A DNA stretch of 62,008 nt from positions 1 to 62,008 of the IMG/VR virus record IMGVR_UViG_3300023184_000001. One strand, given 5' to 3'. The notes below the pieces were generated by a model, which was not told the origin of the DNA, searched no databases, and worked only from the letters and a program-made list of their open reading frames with translations. Positions 46,081 to 56,029 of this stretch are shown here, piece after piece (position 1 is the first letter of the stretch; every line of letters begins with the position of its first letter). The position numbers and the translations under genes were made by a program. Origin of the DNA: a virus. Taxonomy: Duplodnaviria; Caudoviricetes.

Positions 46081-48272
46081 TACCCACCTCGCCTTCCATC
46101 AGGTCGAATATCTATTCTTGGGGCTCCCATTTGCCATTGGGTCCCCAACTGCGTTGATGCTAGTTTCATAGACATCTGCCGACCTCGAATCCGAACATCT
46201 AGTTGCCCATTGTAGGTATCCAAATCAATAGGGTATGTCTGCGTTGCGGTAACAGTTTGCGTTGCGTCGGAGTTGGTGCCTCCGATTGACTTAGGTACGT
46301 TGTAACCAGAACCTGAGTTCTGTAGCGGTAAGAGTTGGATAGTCATTGCTGGTGTGGTTCCGTCCGTCGATCCTAAAAATGTTAAATCCGGCAACAATCG
46401 CCATACAAATGCAAAGTTGTGCCCGTCACCAATATCAAACTGCGAAGTTGTAATAGACGCTTCAATAGCCACAGTAACATCCCCTGCCCCATCGTCTACA
46501 CCGTACTCGTGATAAACAATGTTTCCTGTGTTTGTTATAGGATCAAATGTTGCTGCTAAAGGATAGTTTATAAGCCCCGTATCCAACCACGCAGGGCGCG
46601 ACATACTGCCGTAGTACCAGACGTTTTCAAGGTAGTTGTAAACAACGTAACGATCAATGGTTGTAGCGTACTCCGTGCAGTAAAAGAACCAAACTTCGTT
46701 GAAACCTTCGTTTGTGCTGGCAAAAATCTGATCAAACTGATTGCGGTTGATGTTGTTGTAAATAAACTTTTGAAGATCGCAGTTCTGTGTTTGCACGCGC
46801 CCGTCGTATTTGTAGAACTTGTCTACACCCATCCAATAAGTTACCCCAGACGCCAGTGCAGCGGCGTTTGGCCCTGCAATTGACACGTTATCCCCAAGCA
46901 GCGTTGTGCCCCACACATACGGAGGGCCAAGGTACTGCATCGAGTAGAGCGTGGAGTCGGTCCACACCAAGATTTCTTGCCGACTTTGGAGGGCGGTAAT
47001 GATCCTTGAGCCGTGCGATAGCCGAATACTTCCTGCTTGGTTTGTGACCGCAGGCGTCCACTGTGTAACAGACTCTTGATCCGACCACCGGATAAGCATG
47101 GGGTCAAAAGTTGTGGAAAGATAGTCGTTGGTTCCAAAGCAAATTACAAACCGGCTAGTGTCTGAAATCAGGAAGTACGTTTGGCTCAAAGGCGTATCTG
47201 AAGCCCCGTATAAGGTTGAAATTGGGACGCCCCGAGGGGAAATACTATGCACACCAGATTCCGTTCCGGATATTTCTATTAGTGCGCCAGTAGGTGTGGC
47301 TGACAGATTAAAAGTGGTCGAAGTCAAATACCGCGTATAGTAAATTGTGCCGGGGAGCAATCCAACTGGCAGTACGCCCGTAGTTTGAAATGTAATAGGT
47401 GTAAGGTTATAAAGCGTTAACGTAGATGAAACAACGCAGTACGGAATTGTTGTTGTAGAACCCCAATCTGCGTAATTCCAAGGGTCTGTGCCCCAACCAC
47501 TAGCAACCGATGTAAAAGTTGCTACGGTGGGAGTGACTCCAATCGTTGCATTCCAGTAGTACAAAGCCCCGCCACGAGGGCCGTAAATAAGGTCTTGCCC
47601 AAAATTGTTTTGGTTCCAGATAGCCAGCGGTACTGTAGAAGTTGTGCCAACACCCCAGTAACCAAAACCCCACATAGAGGCCCCCCACCCGAATAGCGGT
47701 ACAACTGCAGCAGGTCCTGCGGCGAGTTGATATACAGCGTAAACAGTGCCCGCGCTAGTTCCCGCCGATGGGGTTGACGCAACTGCAATGGTATAGCTGC
47801 CAGAGCCAACACTTGTAATTTGGTATTCCCCGCTAATCGTAACCCCACCAACAACAAGAGCCCCAGCAGTAGCTCCATTAAATGTCACAAAACTGTTGAC
47901 TGTGTACCCACCAAGCCCGTCAGTGACTGTAACGGCAGGAGATAGTCCGTAGGCAGTAAAAGGATTAGTCAGTGTATGGACGGCGCTAATTGGGGTGATA
48001 TCGTGATAAATGCCTTCACCCTGCCGCTCAATGTAAAACTTCAGGTTGGTCCCCACACCTAGTAAGTTTTGTGACGTTAGTGTTATCCAGTTCCACAGAG
48101 AACGGCAAACACCCATAAAAGTGTTGGTAGAGATGCGCATCCAACCGCCTATTTTTTCGGGCGTGCCTTGGCGAAACCGTACTTTTTCGGACTCGTAGTA
48201 GCCGCCCTCGTTGGTGTATCTCGTATTTTCCCTGTTTACACCGGGAGTCAATTTGATTTTTTGTAAACTCAT
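46080..48272 (-). CDS. Tail nozzle / tubular protein B (P22 gp10-like)
   Basis: 730 aa beta-rich; VRFRQG.PEKIGGW, IRWSDQE, FNEVWFFY. Confidence 0.7.
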   Translation of the reverse strand: MSLQKIKLTPGVNRENTRYTNEGGYYESEKVRFRQGTPEKIGGWMRISTNTFMGVCRSLWNWITLTSQNLLGVGTNLKFYIERQGEGIYHDITPISAVHTLTNPFTAYGLSPAVTVTDGLGGYTVNSFVTFNGATAGALVVGGVTISGEYQITSVGSGSYTIAVASTPSAGTSAGTVYAVYQLAAGPAAVVPLFGWGASMWGFGYWGVGTTSTVPLAIWNQNNFGQDLIYGPRGGALYYWNATIGVTPTVATFTSVASGWGTDPWNYADWGSTTTIPYCVVSSTLTLYNLTPITFQTTGVLPVGLLPGTIYYTRYLTSTTFNLSATPTGALIEISGTESGVHSISPRGVPISTLYGASDTPLSQTYFLISDTSRFVICFGTNDYLSTTFDPMLIRWSDQESVTQWTPAVTNQAGSIRLSHGSRIITALQSRQEILVWTDSTLYSMQYLGPPYVWGTTLLGDNVSIAGPNAAALASGVTYWMGVDKFYKYDGRVQTQNCDLQKFIYNNINRNQFDQIFASTNEGFNEVWFFYCTEYATTIDRYVVYNYLENVWYYGSMSRPAWLDTGLINYPLAATFDPITNTGNIVYHEYGVDDGAGDVTVAIEASITTSQFDIGDGHNFAFVWRLLPDLTFLGSTDGTTPAMTIQLLPLQNSGSGYNVPKSIGGTNSDATQTVTATQTYPIDLDTYNGQLDVRIRGRQMSMKLASTQLGTQWQMGAPRIDIRPDGRRGG

Positions 48273-48310
48273 GGTACAATCTCCGAATCGTCATTTATTT
48301 GGAGAACATT

Positions 48311-49159
48311 GTGTATATTTACATTTGGAAAGATGCTTTCAGCGTCCCATTTTACGTTGGCTTTACCAGAAACAAGCGGCGCACTAACCCTAGAAACAAC
48401 GGGGGACGCAACTGGCTGTGTAAACAAAAGTTGACCGCGATTGGAGTGGAGCGCGTTATTGTTGAATTGCGTCCTGTTTTTTCCGTAGAAGAAGGTATTG
48501 CGCTGGAACGCAGCCTCATTGCAGAATACGGACGGATTCAAACTGCAAACGGCCCTCTTACTAATTTGACTTCTGGTGGGGAGGGTAGTCATTCTTTATC
48601 CCCAGAACACAAAGAAAAGTTGCGAGAAATAATGCTTGACCCATTGCATCCCATACGCAGTCTTGCGTCCCGTGCAAAAGCAAAAAAACGCATGAACGAT
48701 CCTGATGTTAAAGCCAAGTTTTTAGGTGATAACAATCCAGCAAAGAAGCTAGAAGTTCGTGCCAAAATTAAAACTGCATGGGAAAACCCTGAATTCCGCG
48801 CTGCACGGAGCAAAGAACGATTGGGAGTCTCTAAAAACTTTTCGGAAGAAGACTTAAAAAGAAGGGCCACAGCATTAAAAGAAAACCCAAACATGAAAAA
48901 GTGGAGTGAACGCAATGGAAAAGATGCTGACTTTGACGCCAAACGGATTAAAGGTATCCGCGCTGCACAGCCTAAAAGAGCAGAGAAAATGCGTGACCCT
49001 GTTGCTCTTGCCCAGCGTAAAGCAAGGCTTAGTGCAACACTCAACTCACCCGAACACAAAGCCCGTAGAGCCGCCCAGAACACGCCAGAGTATCGCGCCG
49101 CTGCATCTGCGCGGAAAAAAGAATACTGGGCAAAGAAGAAAATTGACATTTCATCCTAA
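48311..49159 (+). CDS. GIY-YIG homing endonuclease, antisense within the late operon
   Basis: GTG start behind GGAG; YIYIW....FYVG..R...E..LI...G......L.N...GGEG, then basic helical repeats. Confidence 0.8.
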   Translation: MYIYIWKDAFSVPFYVGFTRNKRRTNPRNNGGRNWLCKQKLTAIGVERVIVELRPVFSVEEGIALERSLIAEYGRIQTANGPLTNLTSGGEGSHSLSPEHKEKLREIMLDPLHPIRSLASRAKAKKRMNDPDVKAKFLGDNNPAKKLEVRAKIKTAWENPEFRAARSKERLGVSKNFSEEDLKRRATALKENPNMKKWSERNGKDADFDAKRIKGIRAAQPKRAEKMRDPVALAQRKARLSATLNSPEHKARRAAQNTPEYRAAASARKKEYWAKKKIDISS

Positions 49160-49632
49160 GACAGGAACAGGGCACGTTCGTCATTGCGGCGCTTGACTAG
49201 CCCCGGAAGGATTTTACCCCCGCCCCTCGTAAACTTCAAGAACTCGTCGGCGGCTTCTTGCGTCTCGCCCCGAAGCATCTTCTGACGGAGGGTGCTTCGC
49301 TGTACGCCCCCCAAACCCAGATTGAAGCTAAAGCTGACAAGAGCATCATTCTGACCTGCGGTAAGCACCATAGGAAAAAGTCGGGTGATCCCAACCTCAA
49401 ATCGCTGGAGATCAGCACTAAGGAGTCCATCTACTTCGTCGCTCGAAAAAGTACGGTTGTCATTCGGTTCCAGCGAGTAAGCGTCTCTCTGATCCAAAGG
49501 AAGACGACCTTGCGCGGGGTATAGAACATGGCCTACTCCTACAGTCCATAATTTTGCTGGGCAACGGTACGGCTTTAGCCTAACGCCTTCGTGGTGTTTT
49601 ATCATCTCCTTGCAGCGGTCGGAGACTTTCAA
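49156..49632 (-). CDS. Endolysin, GH24 lysozyme
   Basis: IK.HEG.RL.PY.CPA..WT.G.GH; DALVSFSFNLG; GLVKRR..ER.LF. Confidence 0.92.
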   Translation of the reverse strand: MKVSDRCKEMIKHHEGVRLKPYRCPAKLWTVGVGHVLYPAQGRLPLDQRDAYSLEPNDNRTFSSDEVDGLLSADLQRFEVGITRLFPMVLTAGQNDALVSFSFNLGLGGVQRSTLRQKMLRGETQEAADEFLKFTRGGGKILPGLVKRRNDERALFLS

Positions 49633-50120
49633 TCCTTGCCACCTTTAAACGCTCTGCCGCCGAAATGGAAGCTGATGATGCTGGCAAAGATGATCTGGGT
49701 ATCAGCGTCCCACAGCTTCAGGATTAGCACATCAAAATCCACACCGTGATGCCAAGCGTAGGCAAAGCCACCAACTTCAACAAATGCAAACAACAGGAAG
49801 AAGCCGTAGGTCAGTATCGGGCGCACACCAGAGCGCAGGTTGATCATCCACTGTGATGCACCCTGACCTATCGCTATGTCGTGGGCATACAGCGCTGCGC
49901 GTTCTGATGCCTCTGCTTCTATTGCTTGGCCCTCAACCTTTATCTCTTCAACTCGTTGCTGGGCCTCAAACCCGGCTTTGCGTAGCTCAAGCTCACGCTC
50001 AATCTGGAGTTGAGCCATCGCCATCTCGTGCTTCTTGTCAGCACGGTCTTGGAAAAACCCAAGCAACTTGGGCAGGCCACCAGCAAGGAAAGAGATCAGG
50101 GTTGAGAGTAGGGTTAGCAT
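49629..50120 (-). CDS. Holin-like membrane protein
   Basis: N-terminal hydrophobic helix; VRP.LTY TM and IISFHFGGR; directly upstream of the endolysin. Confidence 0.6.
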   Translation of the reverse strand: MLTLLSTLISFLAGGLPKLLGFFQDRADKKHEMAMAQLQIERELELRKAGFEAQQRVEEIKVEGQAIEAEASERAALYAHDIAIGQGASQWMINLRSGVRPILTYGFFLLFAFVEVGGFAYAWHHGVDFDVLILKLWDADTQIIFASIISFHFGGRAFKGGKD

Positions 50121-50338
50121 TTTTTTTCTTCCTCATGCGATAGCTTGACGCCAGCCAACAAGCCAATGAAGCCCCCAACAATAGTCTGAAACGCAGGCCC
50201 GACCAACTCAAAAATCTTGTTGTTGTCCACGAGTGGGTCAAACAGTCCAAGCAACATGACACTCGACATTGTTAAGACAACGATACACAAGGTCATGCTA
50301 ACCATCAGGGTTACGGCAAAAGTAAGTTTTGCTTTCAT
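50114..50338 (-). CDS. Two-TM membrane protein (lysis cassette)
   Basis: Two hydrophobic segments; PAFQTIVGGFIGLLAG. Confidence 0.6.
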   Translation of the reverse strand: MKAKLTFAVTLMVSMTLCIVVLTMSSVMLLGLFDPLVDNNKIFELVGPAFQTIVGGFIGLLAGVKLSHEEEKKC

Positions 50339-50811
50339 CTTCCATCTCCGACAATTTGCCATGTCAACCAAGCCACCAGCCCGACTATAGATGACACCAG
50401 CGCAGTCCATAAACCAAAGTTCACAATGTCGCTAATCTCTTCTGCTCTCACCGCCTTCGCGTGAGCTGCTTCAGCTTCCGCTTTCTTTCGTTCGCTGACA
50501 ATTCGATTACGCTCCAGCATCAAAGCGTTCCACACATCGTCATTGCCACTCCAAATCAGCATCTGCTTTAACTCTGCCTCTGCATCTTGCAACTGCTTGA
50601 GCTGCATAACGACTTCAAACGCTACCGCCGTATCTGATTGAGCAAACCCTTTGGGTTTCTTTTTGGCCGCCTCTTTTGCTACTACATCCTTGGCCTCGAA
50701 AAACTTCATCAGGTCGCCAGAGATGGCGTTGATGTCCTTGCCCATCTTGATGGCGGCTTGCACTCCTTTAATTGCTCCTTGAGCAACTGCAAATGCGGTT
50801 AGCGGGTCCAT
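50335..50811 (-). CDS. Coiled-coil protein with C-terminal TM helix
   Basis: MDPLTAFAVAQ...; C-terminal hydrophobic anchor. Confidence 0.65.
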   Translation of the reverse strand: MDPLTAFAVAQGAIKGVQAAIKMGKDINAISGDLMKFFEAKDVVAKEAAKKKPKGFAQSDTAVAFEVVMQLKQLQDAEAELKQMLIWSGNDDVWNALMLERNRIVSERKKAEAEAAHAKAVRAEEISDIVNFGLWTALVSSIVGLVAWLTWQIVGDGR

Positions 50812-51060
50812 TCATTTGCTGCCACGTTCGATCAGCCTATCCAGCTTGGCATCCATGCGCTCAAGCTGCGCCCGTTGCAATACCGTTGCATCCCGCTGGG
50901 CCAGCATTTGCGTCTCGACGATTGTCAGCCGCTGCTCAATCTTGCTGACGTAAGCCAGCACCGCACCGATCACTACTATGGTGCTGATGACATGGGTTAG
51001 CTGGATTTCCTTTTTCAAGTGCCAGCGTTCAGCGCGGCGCTCGGCGAGTGGCTCGGTCAT
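50812..51060 (-). CDS. TM plus coiled-coil protein
   Basis: WHLKKEI....I.T.V..G...RMDAKLDRLIER. Confidence 0.6.
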   Translation of the reverse strand: MTEPLAERRAERWHLKKEIQLTHVISTIVVIGAVLAYVSKIEQRLTIVETQMLAQRDATVLQRAQLERMDAKLDRLIERGSK

Positions 51061-51094
51061 GCTAGTTGCTCCAAGACGGGTTTAGGTGCTGGCT

Positions 51095-51262
51095 TCATTG
51101 CAGTTTCCTGCCTTGTTCGTAACTCTCACGCTCGTCCATTGCATGGTGCAAAACCAACTCATCAAACTCCTCGTCTGGTGTTGGGTGACACCAGCAAGCC
51201 CGATTCATTTCGTGTTCTCGGAGATCGTCGAGTGGGTAGGTGTGGATGTCAGGTTGCTTCAT
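51095..51262 (-). CDS. Small His/Cys protein (55 aa)
   Basis: MKQPDIHTYPLDDLREH....CWCHP......VLHHAMD.RE; below the track cutoff; ATGA-coupled. Confidence 0.6.
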   Translation of the reverse strand: MKQPDIHTYPLDDLREHEMNRACWCHPTPDEEFDELVLHHAMDERESYEQGRKLQ

Positions 51263-51393
51263 TGGGCTTCCGCAAATATGTTTACAAACACCGTGTCATC
51301 TTCTAACGCTTCAATTTCATGCCATTCGTTTGCAACAAGCTCGATGGGTTGTGTGTACTTATCAATCACAAGTTCTCGTTTAGCTTTTCGCAC
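51259..51393 (-). pseudogene. C-terminal remnant of a cupin-fold protein
   Basis: VRKAKRELVIDKYTQPIELVANEWHEIEALEDDTVFVNIFA (cupin motif 2); in-frame stop just upstream, motif 1 absent. Confidence 0.5.
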
Positions 51394-51395
51394 GA

Positions 51396-51793
51396 TTACA
51401 AATTATCTACAATTAATTTTAGTTCTGACACATCACCAGCAGCGTCAATGTTTGACTGGATTGCAGCGTACTTCTCACGCACAGCTTTTCGAGCAATTTC
51501 TGCAGCAATGGCTTCGCTTGGGATGTTGGCTTTGATGTCTAGTGGCGCAAATTCCAGCGCACGTTTGCCGCGACGAATGTCGTGGGAAATAATTTTTGCT
51601 TTATCAATGTTAATAGTAATCATGCGTACTCCCATGCGTTACGAAATGTGTGATCAGTTGGGATGTCAGCAACGTCCACGATTTTAAAAGGTTTGCCCTC
51701 CGGAATGTCTTTCATTGCTGCTTCAACTGATTCAGCTGGAATAATGACAGCTACACCGCCATTATCAGTTGGGTAAATAATTCGTTTGTCCAT
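51396..51793 (-). CDS. Two small tail-fibre accessory proteins (51620-51793 and 51396-51623)
   Basis: MDKRIIYP...IP.D..FRNAWE and MITINIDKAK...LD...; coupled and directly downstream of a fibre gene. Confidence 0.6.
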
Positions 51794-51802
51794 AATATTC
51801 TT

Positions 51803-52882
51803 TCAGCGGAAAATGGAGATAAAATTGTTCACACCGTCAACCACAGTAGAGAAAAGTCGATCACCTACCGCAACTCTAATCGCCGATGTAGTTTGTGAAA
51901 CTACCTGCATTTGTCCTGCGCTAGTGTTTCCATCTGAATATAGCGAAGCAGCATAATTTGCATCAGCCATAGCGGTAGTAAAGTTTACTGTGTAGTTGCC
52001 TGTGCTGTTATATGTAACACTTGACACATTCCCGCTGGCACGAATAGTTATACTGCTTGTGCCATTAAAGTTTATCCAAGCGCGGGCAGCATAAAGAGGT
52101 GCAGTTCCACTTACAGTAGCAAACTGTGCAGAATTAATATTAGGGGTGACTAGCGTAGGGCTGTTGGACAGTACGACATTTGTCGTTCCTGTGGATGTTG
52201 TAACGCCCGTACCCCCATTTGCAACTGCTAGCGTGCCAGCAAGCGTTACAGCACCAGCAGTACCAGTAGATGGTGTAAACCCCGTAGTCCCAGCACTAAA
52301 CGTTGTTACTCCCCCGCTTCCGCCACCGGATGAATTAATTGTTTGATTGGGCCATGTGCCGGAAACCGTTACGTTTGTACCAGCAACAATTGCAGGTGTG
52401 GTAGTGCCTGTACCCCCATTTGCAACCGCCAATACGCCAGTAAAAGCAGTTACTGAAGAAACTATTTTTACATAGTCTGAACCGTTCCAAGCAACAATGG
52501 CTTTCTCGCCGTCAACTAGCGTTACGCCCGCAGTGGGGGTCACGCCACGGACAGTTAACAGGAAACCGCCTGTACCCGCGTTGTTGATGGTGTATTCCCT
52601 ACTTGAGGCGGGCAAATTTAGGTTTCGCGCTGCTGTTTTAGCCCCTGATATGTTCAAAATAGCGTATTGCGCCGTAGTTGAAATAATGCCCGTTGCCGCA
52701 CTCGTACCCGCAGTGTTAGCTAGCGTAACATCCGCAGTAGTAATTACGACGGATAACCCGCCTGCAATCGCTATATCCAAATAGGACGTAAGGCCGTTAT
52801 CAACAACATCGCCCCAAGTGCCAGACTCAGTGCCTGTTGTAATAATTGGTAAACTCAGTAGAGCAGTAGGTGTAATCGTCAT
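51803..52882 (-). CDS. Tail fibre protein
   Basis: GTESGTWG N-terminus; LAVANGGTG repeats; ARAWINFNGT..IRASGNVSSV...TG.YTVNF C-terminal domain. Confidence 0.8.
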   Translation of the reverse strand: MTITPTALLSLPIITTGTESGTWGDVVDNGLTSYLDIAIAGGLSVVITTADVTLANTAGTSAATGIISTTAQYAILNISGAKTAARNLNLPASSREYTINNAGTGGFLLTVRGVTPTAGVTLVDGEKAIVAWNGSDYVKIVSSVTAFTGVLAVANGGTGTTTPAIVAGTNVTVSGTWPNQTINSSGGGSGGVTTFSAGTTGFTPSTGTAGAVTLAGTLAVANGGTGVTTSTGTTNVVLSNSPTLVTPNINSAQFATVSGTAPLYAARAWINFNGTSSITIRASGNVSSVTYNSTGNYTVNFTTAMADANYAASLYSDGNTSAGQMQVVSQTTSAIRVAVGDRLFSTVVDGVNNFISIFR

Positions 52883-52894
52883 GTGTTGCTCCTA

Positions 52895-53317
52895 TTACGG
52901 TAAACGAATCAATGAGGTGGTAGCTGAGTTGGTTGGCATGACAACTGTAAAGAGGGATGTAGTGGTTTTGTCAGCGCCAAAGTCCAATACTGCCACCGAT
53001 TTGTTGCTCTTAGATGAATTGTAAATCAGCGCACCCCGTGCTGTAAACGCACCTGTAGTCCAGACGACATTGCTAAAGTTTACAAAGGCCGTGGTGTCTG
53101 TGACACTGACCGAGATGCCTGTCATCACCTGACCCCCTGCGGCGTAGCCCGACCCAGTAGCTACCTGCCCTGCTAACGACACGTTGTATTCCGTGGTAGC
53201 CGCCCCTATATCGGCATTGGCTGTGTACAGCGCCATATAGAAGGTGTCTGTGGAGAAATCATGCACCCCCTGAAGCAGTTGCTGCTTGAAGGATGTAGTT
53301 AGGGTTTGGGCAATCAT
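52895..53317 (-). CDS. Virion/tail structural protein
   Basis: SFKQQLL.G.HDF....F.MALYT...TARGALIYN..VLDFG.DKT. Confidence 0.65.
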   Translation of the reverse strand: MIAQTLTTSFKQQLLQGVHDFSTDTFYMALYTANADIGAATTEYNVSLAGQVATGSGYAAGGQVMTGISVSVTDTTAFVNFSNVVWTTGAFTARGALIYNSSKSNKSVAVLDFGADKTTTSLFTVVMPTNSATTSLIRLP

Positions 53318-53973
53318 GTTACTGGAACCCTAGTTTGCCCGCTACGGTATACGTCTTGTCTGTCAAGCCCATCTATTAACCGTTTGGCAAGGGTTAGCGC
53401 TTCTTTATATTTGCCATCGTACAGCGCAATAATATCCGTTTCGCCTTTCATGTAGGTGTAGGCTTCTACCAGTGTGCCGTACAGGAGAACCGAGTCAAAG
53501 TTGTCTCCCAACCATGTGGTCGAGGCAGTGACAATGGACTCCGGGTAGTAAAAATAGTTTAACTCCGCAGACAATGCAGCGCTGGGTGTTGGGCCTAGGA
53601 TAAACCGCAGTTCTGTAGTTGGGGTCGCACCCGATACTTGTGGGCCAAAAATAGCATAGTATTTTGGGGTCCCAGTTGCCGCAACCGTTGGGTACGCCTC
53701 ACGAATAAAGTTTGCATCTTTGTTCAACAAGAAATCGTAAACCCCGGCGCTGCTAATAACAGCTAATGACCGCGCCGACAAGAAATCATCAGGGCAGTTT
53801 AGGTACGGGCTACCATTAACAAACGTCAGCGTTGTGCTTTTTTGCGCCACAGGAAACTGCATCGAGTTAAATATACGTTGCTCTGCCTGTGTAATAAACA
53901 CATTCATGTTCACCGTAGGAAAAGTGTTCTCCGTATACGATGAAACAGCGGCAACCAACGCAGCGTAATTCAT
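53314..53973 (-). CDS. Head-tail adaptor / tail tubular protein A-like
   Basis: FI.QAEQRI...G.PKYYA..GPTP...LLYG.LVEAY.YMKG. Confidence 0.65.
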   Translation of the reverse strand: MNYAALVAAVSSYTENTFPTVNMNVFITQAEQRIFNSMQFPVAQKSTTLTFVNGSPYLNCPDDFLSARSLAVISSAGVYDFLLNKDANFIREAYPTVAATGTPKYYAIFGPQVSGATPTTELRFILGPTPSAALSAELNYFYYPESIVTASTTWLGDNFDSVLLYGTLVEAYTYMKGETDIIALYDGKYKEALTLAKRLIDGLDRQDVYRSGQTRVPVT

Positions 53974-54424
53974 GCCATCGGACCCCGAGCCATTGTGCCT
54001 TTAGTAGCCGCGCCGTTACCGCGAGTTACAATGCCAGTGGTTTTTGTGGCTGGTTGCTCGCAGTTAGAAAGGCTTCCAATCGAAGCACGAACATTGCTTA
54101 ACATGCTCATATCCTCACCTTTGCCGGGATTTTCTTCCACGGTTACATTTTTACCTGTCATGGTGTGGGGTTTGGCATAAACGGCAGCATTGCCAACTTC
54201 TTTACCGCCTTGTTTTTGACTAAATGTAGCCATGATTAACCTCCACGACCAGATTTCTGGTTCATCACTTTAGCCATACCGCGACCGTATTTCATCATGT
54301 CTTCGCCGGTCTTGCCACCTTTGGCAAACTTAGTCATGGGTTTGCCGGGATGATCGTGCTTCTCATGTTTGTTAATCATAGAAGCCACCATCTTCTTGTC
54401 CTGCTTTAAATCTGCCTTGTCCAT
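53970..54424 (-). CDS. Two small basic proteins (53970-54233, 54236-54424)
   Basis: K/M/G-rich; RGNGAATKG and FAKGG motifs. Confidence 0.65.
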
Positions 54425-54432
54425 ATCGACTC

Positions 54433-54816
54433 CTAAGTTACTGTAACTGAACCAAGTTCCAATGCTGCCACCAAATAGTTGGGTGTCAATACGTCATCAA
54501 AAAGCTGAGAACCACCCACTGGATTCCAACCCCATTGTATATCTCGTGACCCGCCAGAAGGGTTCCCCGCGCTATTAGGGCCAGAAACAAGGTAGGTCTG
54601 GTCGTGCCGTGGGTTGCGTACTGCTTGCGGGTCATCTACCGGGTACATCCCCAACTGCAACTGCGGATGATCTGGGTCCCAGCATTCGGGACAAACTAAG
54701 AGGTTAAAAGTCTTTAGCTTGATGATCTCTTTTTTCAGTTGCTTTAGCTTGTACCTCTGCCCACAGCGGTCACACTCCGCGATACTACTCTTACCAGAAG
54801 CAAACCTATTCCCCAT
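54433..54816 (-). CDS. Zinc-binding conserved phage protein
   Basis: CDRCG...VCPECWDPDHPQL. Confidence 0.7.
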   Translation of the reverse strand: MGNRFASGKSSIAECDRCGQRYKLKQLKKEIIKLKTFNLLVCPECWDPDHPQLQLGMYPVDDPQAVRNPRHDQTYLVSGPNSAGNPSGGSRDIQWGWNPVGGSQLFDDVLTPNYLVAALELGSVTVT

Positions 54817-54819
54817 GCT

Positions 54820-55512
54820 CTACCCAATGAATTGCTGGCGCGGCACAAAGCGCACCGCTGCCTTCTCACGGTCCTCTTCAGAAGCTATAGCCCATGCCTC
54901 GTCGTACTGTTGCTTCAGCATTGGCAGACGTTCAACACCAGTCGGCACCTTCATGGCAAGATGGTAGGCCAAACCTGCAACCATGCAGGGGATGAACCGA
55001 AACGGGACATCCATTGTGTTAACACCAGTTCCTGCGTCATCAATGCGCTTCAGCCGCCAGTAAACCAACGTGTAGGTCTGCGTGTTGTCAGGAATTGGCC
55101 ACACAGTAACCTGCGGGATAGACGTTCTGCGGTCAATGTAAATCTGGATTGGACGAGCCTGTTGCAGCTTGTTGGGTATCGTAGCGTATGTAGACACACT
55201 GATACGTGTAATGGTCAAGTCAGCTTGTGTTGCGGCACTGCCTGCACCCGTACGTATAACGTGCTCAAGAAGATCAACTGTGCTTGCAGGTAGGTCGTAC
55301 GTAGCGGTTCCGGCAACCAGCGTGATTGACCCCTGCTCAAACGTCCACATATTTAGGCCGCGATTGGCCCAGTCGGCAAACATCAAGTTCAGGCTGCGCC
55401 GTGCGGTCTTTAGGTCATAGCCCGTGCGCAACTCAGCACCACAGCGTTCAAACGCCTCTTCAACTAGCTCAACTAGGTCGAGATTGAATACCGTGGTGCC
55501 AGAAGTTGCCAT
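54820..55512 (-). CDS. Virion structural / head-completion protein
   Basis: MATSGT..FNLD..E.VEEAFERCG...ARRSLNL...WANRG. Confidence 0.65.
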   Translation of the reverse strand: MATSGTTVFNLDLVELVEEAFERCGAELRTGYDLKTARRSLNLMFADWANRGLNMWTFEQGSITLVAGTATYDLPASTVDLLEHVIRTGAGSAATQADLTITRISVSTYATIPNKLQQARPIQIYIDRRTSIPQVTVWPIPDNTQTYTLVYWRLKRIDDAGTGVNTMDVPFRFIPCMVAGLAYHLAMKVPTGVERLPMLKQQYDEAWAIASEEDREKAAVRFVPRQQFIG

Positions 55513-56029
55513 TATCGAAATCCTGCTGTTTTCTTTGCGATTGCTTTGGGTTGCGCTACGAATTGTTTCCCACTGGCTTTACCAGCACGCTTGGCCTTTG
55601 TGGTTGCGGCGTACTCAGCAGGGCTGAGACTTTTGATCGCAGCTTCAGGCAAGTACCGCTCTCCCGTCTTACTCGACGGCTTACCAGACTTGGTGCGCCA
55701 TTTTTGGTCACCCCAATCTTTCAGGGACTGCTGCGGAGCTTTCAATCTCTGTACCCGCCGCCAGCTTTTTTATAACGCTGCGCTACCATCTGTGCTTTTC
55801 TCGCGCTCCAAAGTCCTGCACCTGTGCCAGCGGTGGCCTCTGCCTTTACGGCATTAAAAATCCGTTTGCGAAGACTGGGTTTGGTGTAGTTGCCAGCTTC
55901 GTTGACCTTTGACTTCACCTCCCCACCCTCTTTGTACTGAGTGAAATCAGTATCATCCCGGCGTGCCATTTTCTTAGCCTTTGGCATCTTGCTGGGGTCA
56001 ATGGCCCCCATGCCACGTGAGGCTCTCAT
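55512..56029 (-). CDS. Two small basic conserved phage proteins (55512-55745, 55742-56029)
   Basis: SLKDW..QKWRTKSG..ERYLP and NYTKP.LRKR...WSARKAQ....YKKAGGGY. Confidence 0.7.

Noticed and set aside
51803-52430. Diversity-generating retroelement acting on the fibre genes
   Set aside because: Repeats exist between fibre genes, but there is no reverse transcriptase and the differences do not look adenine-specific
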